Assembly: GCA_044336965.1 (NCBI GenBank)
Contig: JBIIOL010000001.1
Coordinates: 1 to 32,872, forward strand
Origin: Pirellulales bacterium
GTDB lineage: Bacteria > Planctomycetota > Planctomycetia > Pirellulales > UBA1268
Length of the DNA: 32,872 bases
Direction of reading: 5' to 3'
Numbering within the stretch: position 1 is the first letter of the stretch; every line of letters starts with the position of its first letter. Below the pieces are notes generated by a model, which made no database searches, was not told the DNA's origin, and saw only the letters and a list, made by a program, of their open reading frames with translations. Made by a program: the position numbers and the translations under genes. Of this stretch, positions 25,963 through 32,872 are shown in pieces.

Positions 25963-28689
25963 TCAGCGGTCCAAAAACAGCCGGCTCGCCGCGAAGGCGC
26001 GGATCAATGACCGGACGCCGTATTCCGAGCCGGCCGTCGCGGCGACGATCTCGTCGATCGTCTCCCGGTCGGCATAGGAGACGTCGGCGCCGGTGGCGTA
26101 GCGGGCGAGATGGCCCACGAACGCCTTGGCAAGTCTCTTCGGATGCGCGGCGAGCAGCTGCGAGAAATCGTCGATGCCTGTAAACGCTTTGCCGTTTGGG
26201 AGCGAGCCCGAGGCATCGACCTTGGGGCCCAGCTGGTAGCTCGCCCAGAGGAGTTCCTGGGCGGCGGCGGGCGCGGGGTCGCCCTTGCCGGCCACACGAT
26301 AGCGGTCGCGAAAACCGCCAATCGGATCGAAACATTCGAGGGCGAATCCGGGCGGATCGATCTTCGCGTGGCAGGCGGCGCAGCTTGAGTCGCTGCGATG
26401 GAGTTTCAACTGCTCACGGACGGTCGTCGCGCCCCGCGTGTCGGGGTCAATCGCCGAGATGCCCGGCGGGGGCGGGGGAGGAGGCCGGTTGAAGAGCCGG
26501 TCCATCACCCAGACGCCGCGCTTGACGGGTGACGTCGTCGTGCCGTTGGCGGTGAGCTTGAGAATAGAGGCTTGCGTGAGCAGCCCGCCGCGATGGCTGC
26601 CGGCCGGCAGCGCGACCCGGCGGAGCTCGACGCCATCCACACCAGGGACGCCATAGTGCTCGGCCAGCCGCTGCGAGAGCATTGCGAAGTCGGACCGCAC
26701 AAACGTCCGTACCGGCAAGTCCTTTTCGATGAGTTCACGGACGAAGGCCCGCGTCTCCGCGAGCATCGCGTCGCCAAGGAGCCCCGAGTATTCGGGGTAA
26801 AGCTTCCGGTCTGGACTCGTTTCGTCGAAGCGGTCGAGTTCGAGCCACTGGTCGCAGAAATCCTCGATGAAACGTTCTCCCTTGGGATCGGCGAGCATCC
26901 GATCGATCTGGGTGTGGAGCTCTTTGTCATCGCAGAGCGTGCCGTCGTGGGCAGCCTTGAGCAGCGTCTCGTCCGGCGGACCGTTCCAGAGCCACGCCGC
27001 CAGCCGCGAAGCGAGTGCCACCGGCCCGAGCCGGCCGCCGGCCTCGGTGCCCTCCGGAAGAAACAACACCTCCGGGCTCGTGAGCACGGCCACGTAGGCC
27101 CGCCGCATCGCGTCTTCGAAGCAGTCGCCGTCGTCGATTCGTGCCCGCACGAGTGCCACGTAGGGTTCAATCTCGGTCGGCTCCACCGCGCGGCGGAAGG
27201 CCCGCGGCAGGAACTTCGCCAGCAGCTGTTTGGCATCTTCGGCCGGCTGGCTTGTCTGCACCGTCTCCAGCGGCGGCTTCCGCTCCGCCCGCGGAATGTC
27301 GAGGTATTCGCTCGGCAGGTAGCCAGGCGTGCCGTGGATCGGGGCCCGCGTGGGCGGCATCGCGTTATCGCCGGATCGCAGCGCCGCAATCGGCAGCTCG
27401 GCAAAGAGTCGCCGATGGCTCTCCGGTGGCCACAACGGATTGAGCGGTCCCTCCACCTCGAACCAGTCGACCGCCACACCGGGGCCGACGTGCCTGGCCG
27501 TCCGCCCGCCGATCTGCCGCACGCTGAGGCCCCGAAAAGGAATCGACACCGGATCGAAGACGACCGACTCATGGGCGTCGAGCCAGGTCACGATCTCGTG
27601 CGTGCGCGGTTCAAGGGACGGCGCGGTGAACGTGGCCAGGAGCCGGCCGCCCTCCTGCTGCCTCCCCTCTTCGTGGGCCCGCAGCACGGCGGCCTGCGAC
27701 GAAGCGATCGGCTCGACCGTTCCTTGATTCCATTGAAAACCCCAGAGCGAGAGACGCAACGCGTAGTGCCCCTGGTAGATCGGCGCGACGTTGAGAGCCG
27801 CCTCGTAGCCGGCGAAGTTGGGCACGAGCAGGCCGACGGCGCTGCTGCTCTCGGCGATCTTCTGCTGCTCCATGAGCTTCTTGCGGTCCTCGAGATCGTC
27901 ATTGGCATTCGGGGCCGCGATGTAACGCTTCACATCCTCGAAGCCGCCGCGGAGCGGCAGCGCCGGATCGGGCTGGCCACCTTGGAGCAGCACGAAATTG
28001 CCGTGGAGCAGGTTCATCTCGAACTTGAATTGCCCGGCGGGATAGATCCGCCGCTTGAACGCTGGCGGTGGCGTGCTCCGGGTGGCGATCGCCGCCGTGA
28101 GTGCCCGCTCCGCGGCGTCGGCGTAGGCCGCCAGGTGCACCGGCGACAGGTCGAGGCCGTCGGCCACCTTATTGAAGCCGGCCACCTCGCCGTCGGGAGG
28201 CAGGAGCGCCGTGATCTCCAGCCTGGGCAGGGCGAGCAGGTCCCGGAGCGTGTTTTCATATTCGCGCCGCGTGAGCCGCCGCAGGCGGGATCGTCCACGG
28301 GTCGCAATCCGCTCGCGGTCGGCCGCGAGCAACTGCGTGTCGAGCCAGCCGGTCACGGCCGCGACCTCCCGGCTGTCTGGCCGCTCCTCGTCGGCCGGCG
28401 GCATCTCGCCGGCGGCGATGCGGTCGTGGATCCGCACGAATGACTTCAGGATGGCGGGGTCGGAAAGGTCGCGGGAAAGGACGGCCAGATCGAGACCGGC
28501 CTCCGGCGTTTTGCCGGAGTGGCATGAGAAGCAGTGCCGCTCGAAGAAGGTTTCGAGCACGGCCACGGATGGTTCGGCATTCGCCTCGATACCACATGCC
28601 GCCACGACCACCGCAAGCAGGGCACCGCGAAGCGTGCTCCCGAAGTCCGCCACTCGCACATCGCCGGCACGACCAGCCCACCGCGTCAT
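25963..28689 (-). CDS. Planctomycete PSCyt1-PSCyt2(DUF1549)-PSD1(DUF1553) protein (908 aa) with an N-terminal cytochrome-c-like CxxCH.
   Basis: Signal peptide. FFERHCFSCHSG is CxxCH. Length and the C-terminal …LIRAFAASRLFLDR are typical of the DUF1549/DUF1553 family. Confidence 0.7.
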   Translation of the reverse strand: MTRWAGRAGDVRVADFGSTLRGALLAVVVAACGIEANAEPSVAVLETFFERHCFSCHSGKTPEAGLDLAVLSRDLSDPAILKSFVRIHDRIAAGEMPPADEERPDSREVAAVTGWLDTQLLAADRERIATRGRSRLRRLTRREYENTLRDLLALPRLEITALLPPDGEVAGFNKVADGLDLSPVHLAAYADAAERALTAAIATRSTPPPAFKRRIYPAGQFKFEMNLLHGNFVLLQGGQPDPALPLRGGFEDVKRYIAAPNANDDLEDRKKLMEQQKIAESSSAVGLLVPNFAGYEAALNVAPIYQGHYALRLSLWGFQWNQGTVEPIASSQAAVLRAHEEGRQQEGGRLLATFTAPSLEPRTHEIVTWLDAHESVVFDPVSIPFRGLSVRQIGGRTARHVGPGVAVDWFEVEGPLNPLWPPESHRRLFAELPIAALRSGDNAMPPTRAPIHGTPGYLPSEYLDIPRAERKPPLETVQTSQPAEDAKQLLAKFLPRAFRRAVEPTEIEPYVALVRARIDDGDCFEDAMRRAYVAVLTSPEVLFLPEGTEAGGRLGPVALASRLAAWLWNGPPDETLLKAAHDGTLCDDKELHTQIDRMLADPKGERFIEDFCDQWLELDRFDETSPDRKLYPEYSGLLGDAMLAETRAFVRELIEKDLPVRTFVRSDFAMLSQRLAEHYGVPGVDGVELRRVALPAGSHRGGLLTQASILKLTANGTTTSPVKRGVWVMDRLFNRPPPPPPPGISAIDPDTRGATTVREQLKLHRSDSSCAACHAKIDPPGFALECFDPIGGFRDRYRVAGKGDPAPAAAQELLWASYQLGPKVDASGSLPNGKAFTGIDDFSQLLAAHPKRLAKAFVGHLARYATGADVSYADRETIDEIVAATAGSEYGVRSLIRAFAASRLFLDR

Positions 28690-30011
28690 GCGTCAAGCCC
28701 TCGAAGCGTGCCAGTGCTCGAGGAAAACACATCGGCCTCGACGCCGAGCTTCTGGAGCATGGTGACGAAGACATTCGCGAGGGGTTCGTTCCTCGACTCG
28801 TCGAAGGCCAGATGGCCCGGATGGCGGTAGCCGCCGCCGGCCAGGATGAGCGGCAGATTCACGTTGGAGTGGGAGTTGGCGTTGCCCAGGCAACTGCCGT
28901 AGAGCAGTTGCGTGCGGTCGAGGAGCGCGCCTCCTGCTTCCGCCGACTTCCCGAAGGCGTCGATCAGGCCGCCGAAGGCCTGCATCTGTGCCTCCTCGAT
29001 CTTTTTCAGTTCCGCGATCTTCTCCGGCTCGTTGCCGTGGTGGGTGAGGCCGTGGGTCTCGTTCTTCACGCCCGGAACCGTCGGCACGACCGAGAAGGTG
29101 GCGATCGACAGCGAGGCCACCCGGGTCGAATCGGTTTCGAACGCCAGCCGTACGAGGTCGAACATCAGCTTCGACTTCTCGATCACGCGATTCGCATCGG
29201 CGATGTCTTTCGGCTCGGGATAGTTCACCGAGGGCTTCGGACGATTCTCCCACTCCACTGCGCGCACGAGCCGCTGCTCGAGCTCCCGCACGCTCTGAAA
29301 ATACTGGTCGAGCCGCCCGCGGTCCTCAGGCCCGACCGCCCGTTCGAGTTTTCCGGCCTTGTCGAGCACAAGGTCGAGCACACTGCCGCCGGCCTTGATC
29401 CGCCGCAGCGTCGCCGCCTTCTCCGCAGGCGTGCCCGCCACGAAGAGGCTGCGGAAGAGCCGACTCGGGCTCGTCTCGGCAGGAATGTCGACGCCCGCCC
29501 GCGATACGGCGAGCGTGCTCGAATAGTGATGCCCCTGCTCCACGGCGAGCGCGAGAAACGGAAAGCGGGTGTCGAGACCGATCGATTCAGCGGCGACCTG
29601 ATCGAGCGACATCCGGTTGCGGAAGCTCGGCTGGCCGGGATGCGGCGCACCGGTGAGGAAGCACTGCCCGGCATGGTGGTTGCCATCCACGTCGGGATGC
29701 GAGAGCCCCGAGAAGACGGTGAACTTCCCTCGCTGGTCAGCGAGCAGGTCGAGGTAGGGGCTCGACGGTGGGCCGCCCGCTTGACCGCCTGCCGCCGACT
29801 TCGCCGGAAAGAAAAACTGCGGCATCATTCCGAGCGGCACATGGATGGCGAAGAGCCGCTGAGGCGGTGTCGTGACCGCTGCCGCGAGGGCCCGGCTGCG
29901 GGCCGACAGTCGAAACGCCGGCACCATGCCATCGAGGAGCGGCAACGCCACCGCGGCGCCGGCAGCCCGCAGGAGAGCGCGGCGAGGAATGGGAGCCTGG
30001 GTGGGCGACAT
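28686..30011 (-). CDS. DUF1501-family protein with a Tat signal (sulfatase-like fold).
   Basis: MSPTQAPIPRRALLRAAGAAVALPLL carries the twin-arginine motif. 441 aa. ATGA-coupled to the PSD1 gene downstream, as is usual for the PSD1/DUF1501 pair. Confidence 0.7.
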   Translation of the reverse strand: MSPTQAPIPRRALLRAAGAAVALPLLDGMVPAFRLSARSRALAAAVTTPPQRLFAIHVPLGMMPQFFFPAKSAAGGQAGGPPSSPYLDLLADQRGKFTVFSGLSHPDVDGNHHAGQCFLTGAPHPGQPSFRNRMSLDQVAAESIGLDTRFPFLALAVEQGHHYSSTLAVSRAGVDIPAETSPSRLFRSLFVAGTPAEKAATLRRIKAGGSVLDLVLDKAGKLERAVGPEDRGRLDQYFQSVRELEQRLVRAVEWENRPKPSVNYPEPKDIADANRVIEKSKLMFDLVRLAFETDSTRVASLSIATFSVVPTVPGVKNETHGLTHHGNEPEKIAELKKIEEAQMQAFGGLIDAFGKSAEAGGALLDRTQLLYGSCLGNANSHSNVNLPLILAGGGYRHPGHLAFDESRNEPLANVFVTMLQKLGVEADVFSSSTGTLRGLDA

Positions 30012-30211
30012 GGCTACGTTGTGTCCGAGGATGCGTCGCGTTTTCAGAATGCTTTTTTCAGAATGCTTTACGAAGCCGGTGTGGTCGTCGTCATGGCGAA
30101 CGGCGTTTGTGTTCTCGAACGCGCCGCTTAGACTCCACTTAGGAGTGTAGCGCGGGCCGTCCCCGGACGCGTGTCACAAAAATCGCTACACGACTCGGGG
30201 CACCGACGGGG

Positions 30212-32020
30212 TTGGGCATGGGTATCAGCCGCATTTCGCAGCCCGCGCCAGGGGCCTTTCGATCGGCCCAGCTATCTGGAATCTGGCTGTCTGGAATCTG
30301 GCTGCTGCTTGCCGCCGCATGGCTTCCGTCTGGCCACGCACGTGCCGGCGTCGAGATCACTGCCGTCGTGGTGGACGGCCGTGAGGTGCCGCTCCCGGCA
30401 TCCACGGCAGGAGAGCCTGTCGTCGTCCGGGTTCCAACGACCGCCCGGCAGCTGCGGTTTCTTTTCCAGTCTGAGCCGGGGACGAACCGAACGAGTACCC
30501 CGGAGAACTCTCCTGCCCCGCGGCCTGGCACGCGGCTGCGATTTCGGCTCGATGGCTCCGACACCGCCTGGCGGGATCTGCCAGCCAGCGGCCGTGCGCT
30601 CCTGCAGTTCGTGGCTGCTGACGGGGCCATGATCGGGGGCGAACAGGCCCTGTTTCCAGGAGAGTCGCCGGGCTGGACCGGCCTGCCTGAGACCTCCGAC
30701 TTCGTGCCGCAGGAACTGTCGGCCGTCGCGCCGCCGGGCACCACAGGCGTCGTCTTCTCCATCCTCTCGCACAACGCCGAGCAGGTCGTGGGCTCGATCG
30801 CCATCGACGATGTCATCCTGCGGGTCGACCGCGCCGGTGAATCGGCGGAGGCTCGCCCGCTCACGCCGCTGGAGGTGGACGAGGAGGCCCTGTCTGGCCG
30901 CACCAACCCCCGGGGCTGGATCCGGCCGGGCAGCCGGCCCGACATGAGCCTGGTACGGACGCGGCGTGGTCCCGCCCCGCATCCAGTTCTGGTGATCGTC
31001 GATGACGACCCGACCCGCTTCGGCAACTGGTCGACCGCCAAACCCAATGAGATCGAAGTGCGGCCGGGCGACCGGGTGACTGCCTCGTGGACCGCAGCCC
31101 ACAGTTTCGGCATCGGCGGAACGGCGGCGGCGAGCTATCCGGCACTGACCGCCGGCACCTACTGGTTTCGCGTGGCCACCTTCACGGCCGGCGGCGAGGC
31201 AACCGGGGACGAGGCGAGCCTGTCGGTGGTCGTGGTGCCGCCGTGGCATATGCGCCGCGACGTCTGGGTGGCGGCGGCCGCCGCGGCCGCCGCCGGACTG
31301 CTGCTCGCCGGCCGGGCCATCACCACCCGCCGGCTGGCAAGGCGACTCGAGGAGTTGGAACGCAGCCACGCCCTCGAACGCGAACGTTCCCGCATCGCCC
31401 GCGATCTGCATGACGAGATCGGCGCCAAGCTCACCGAGATCGCCATGCGGGCCGACACGGTGCGGAGCGAGGTCGATGGCATCGCCCGGCCCGAGGTCGT
31501 GCAGTTGGCCGGCGGCATCTGGCAGATCGCCGCCGACTTGGTCCGCAGCGTCGATGCGATCGTCTGGGCGGTCAATCCCGCCCACGACACACTCGACCGC
31601 TTCGCAGCCTATCTCGTGCAATCGACCGAGCAGTTTCTCGACGCCGCCGGCATCGCCATGCGGTTTCAGATCCCGGAGGACCTGCCGCCAGTGCCGCTCG
31701 ACGGCACGGTCCGCCACAGCCTCTTTCTGGCGGTCCGCGAAGCGGAGAACAACGCGGTCAAGCATTCCGGATGCACCACGATGACCATCTCGCTCACGCT
31801 CACCGACGGGCTCCTCGAGATCGTGATTGCCGACAATGGAAAAGGCTTTGATCCCCACGACCAGAAGGCCACGCCCGACCGTTCGGGCCTGACCAACATG
31901 CGGCGGCGGATGGAGGAGATCGGCGGCCGCTTCGCGATCGACACGAGCATCGGCCGCGGTACGACAGTGCGGCTCACGCTTCCACTTCCCGCCGTCCCGC
32001 CACCGCGAGGCCCATCATGA
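30212..32020 (+). CDS. Sensor histidine kinase, copy 2. Paralog of the 15533..17407 kinase.
   Basis: Same architecture as copy 1 and collinear homology along the whole protein. GTYWFRVATF, ERSRIARDLHDEIGAKLTEI, NNAVKHS, DNGKGF, GLTNMRRRMEEIGGRF. Confidence 0.85.
   Translation: MGMGISRISQPAPGAFRSAQLSGIWLSGIWLLLAAAWLPSGHARAGVEITAVVVDGREVPLPASTAGEPVVVRVPTTARQLRFLFQSEPGTNRTSTPENSPAPRPGTRLRFRLDGSDTAWRDLPASGRALLQFVAADGAMIGGEQALFPGESPGWTGLPETSDFVPQELSAVAPPGTTGVVFSILSHNAEQVVGSIAIDDVILRVDRAGESAEARPLTPLEVDEEALSGRTNPRGWIRPGSRPDMSLVRTRRGPAPHPVLVIVDDDPTRFGNWSTAKPNEIEVRPGDRVTASWTAAHSFGIGGTAAASYPALTAGTYWFRVATFTAGGEATGDEASLSVVVVPPWHMRRDVWVAAAAAAAAGLLLAGRAITTRRLARRLEELERSHALERERSRIARDLHDEIGAKLTEIAMRADTVRSEVDGIARPEVVQLAGGIWQIAADLVRSVDAIVWAVNPAHDTLDRFAAYLVQSTEQFLDAAGIAMRFQIPEDLPPVPLDGTVRHSLFLAVREAENNAVKHSGCTTMTISLTLTDGLLEIVIADNGKGFDPHDQKATPDRSGLTNMRRRMEEIGGRFAIDTSIGRGTTVRLTLPLPAVPPPRGPS
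30275..30304 (+). repeat. Tandem 15-bp repeat ctggaatctggctgY ×2 inside the kinase 2 signal-peptide region (encodes LSGIWLSGIW).
   Basis: Seen in sequence. Confidence 0.5.
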
Positions 32021-32733
32021 TGACACGCACCATCGGCGTGGCCGTGGTCGAGGACGACGCCTACCTGCGGCGGAGTTTCGAACGGGTGATCACCGCGGCG
32101 GAGGGCTGCCGGCTCGTGGGTGTCTGCGCGACCGTGGCGGAGGCGATGAGGCGAATTCCGTCGCTCGCACCCGATGTCATCCTGATGGATGTCAACCTGC
32201 CCGACGGTAGCGGCGTCGACTGCGTGGCCGAACTGTCGGGACGGCTCCCCGACACGCAGATCCTGATGGTGACGGCCTATCAGGATCCCGACACGGCATT
32301 TCGGGCGATCACGGCCGGGGCCCACGGCTATCTCGTGAAGCCGGTGACGGCGCAGAAGCTCGTGGAGGCGATTCGGGAGATCCGCGATGGGGGCGTGCCG
32401 ATGAGCCGTGCGGTGGCTAGGAAGGTGATCGCCGCCTTCCGCCGGATGAACGAAAAGACCACGCTGCCGACCCGACAGTCCGCGGCCGCCACGGGACACT
32501 CGCCCCAGCAGACGACCACCGACTCGATGCTCGCGCCGCGGGAACAGCAGGTGCTGGAATTCCTGGTCGAGGGCTATTCCTACAAGGAGATCGCGGGGCA
32601 GTTGGGACTCTCGACCGGCACGGTCTCCACGTACGTCAACCGCATCTATAAGAAGCTCCACGTGTCGAGCCGCCGTGAGGTCGTAGCCTGGTCGAAGGGG
32701 GGCGGCGATCCAAAGCAGCCCGGTCGCCCGTGA
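32017..32733 (+). CDS. NarL/FixJ-family response regulator, copy 2. Paralog of 14847..15536.
   Basis: VAVVEDD…DVILMDVNLPD and LAPREQQVLEFLVEGYSYKEIAGQLGLSTGTVSTYVNRIYKKLHV. ATGA overlap with kinase 2. Confidence 0.85.
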   Translation: MMTRTIGVAVVEDDAYLRRSFERVITAAEGCRLVGVCATVAEAMRRIPSLAPDVILMDVNLPDGSGVDCVAELSGRLPDTQILMVTAYQDPDTAFRAITAGAHGYLVKPVTAQKLVEAIREIRDGGVPMSRAVARKVIAAFRRMNEKTTLPTRQSAAATGHSPQQTTTDSMLAPREQQVLEFLVEGYSYKEIAGQLGLSTGTVSTYVNRIYKKLHVSSRREVVAWSKGGGDPKQPGRP

Positions 32734-32872
32734 TCCGGCAGGATTCGCCTCTGGCAGCCGGGAGTCTGCGAAAAAGGGGGGTGGCACTGCCATCAAAGAT
32801 ATGACAGGCAACCGCCCCAGCCTCTCGCTACATTTTTTTCGGTGGGTCGTGCGTTTTTATCTCTCGTGCTTG

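Noticed and set aside
26572-28443. 623-aa plus-strand ORF
   Set aside because: It is antisense to the PSCyt-PSD1 gene and has no motifs.
28440-30131. 563-aa plus-strand ORF
   Set aside because: It is antisense to the Tat-DUF1501 gene.
30272-31858. 528-aa minus-strand ORF, and 31666..32811 minus-strand ORF
   Set aside because: Both are antisense to kinase 2 and regulator 2. The sense strand has the complete HisKA_3, HATPase and REC-LuxR motifs.
1-32872. CRISPR arrays, rRNA, tRNA
   Set aside because: I saw no regularly spaced repeats with unique spacers. The only repeats are short 2-copy tandems. No intergenic region is large or structured enough for an rRNA. I saw no obvious tRNA cloverleaf, though I did not scan exhaustively for one.

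Overview
High-GC window whose content points to Planctomycetota (PSCyt/PSD1 and DUF1501 proteins, three formylglycine-type sulfatases). I see three blocks. (1) 1-4466: a minus-strand pair, divergent Prs-like pyrophosphokinase then NAMPT/NadV (truncated at the window edge). It is followed by a 684-aa SPFH/flotillin-like membrane protein with four internal repeats. (2) 4534-12488: a tightly packed, largely translationally coupled 6-gene plus-strand operon. It encodes a Zn-ADH, an AsnB-type amidotransferase, a SAM methyltransferase, a PhyH-like Fe/2OG dioxygenase, an NRPS-like A-T-R (adenylation, carrier, thioester reductase) and an HTH-less NadR-type NMNAT/ribosylnicotinamide kinase. I read this as a small uncharacterised biosynthetic cassette that sits next to NAD-salvage genes and is joined to them through the NadR-type gene. 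(3) 12.5-32.7 kb: a decayed PSD1/DUF1501 remnant, a secreted coiled-coil repeat protein and a ParD/ParE-like toxin-antitoxin pair. Then comes a roughly 12.7-kb sulfatase island carrying three sulfatases (one with a C-terminal PDZ domain), a Uma2 endonuclease, PdxH, an SGNH hydrolase, a rhodanese, and PSCyt-PSD1 with Tat-DUF1501. This island is bracketed by two paralogous, inverted histidine-kinase/response-regulator pairs (Y_Y_Y sensor with HisKA_3, and NarL). I saw no rRNA, tRNA or CRISPR. All functional calls rest on motifs I read from the translations; no database search was run.
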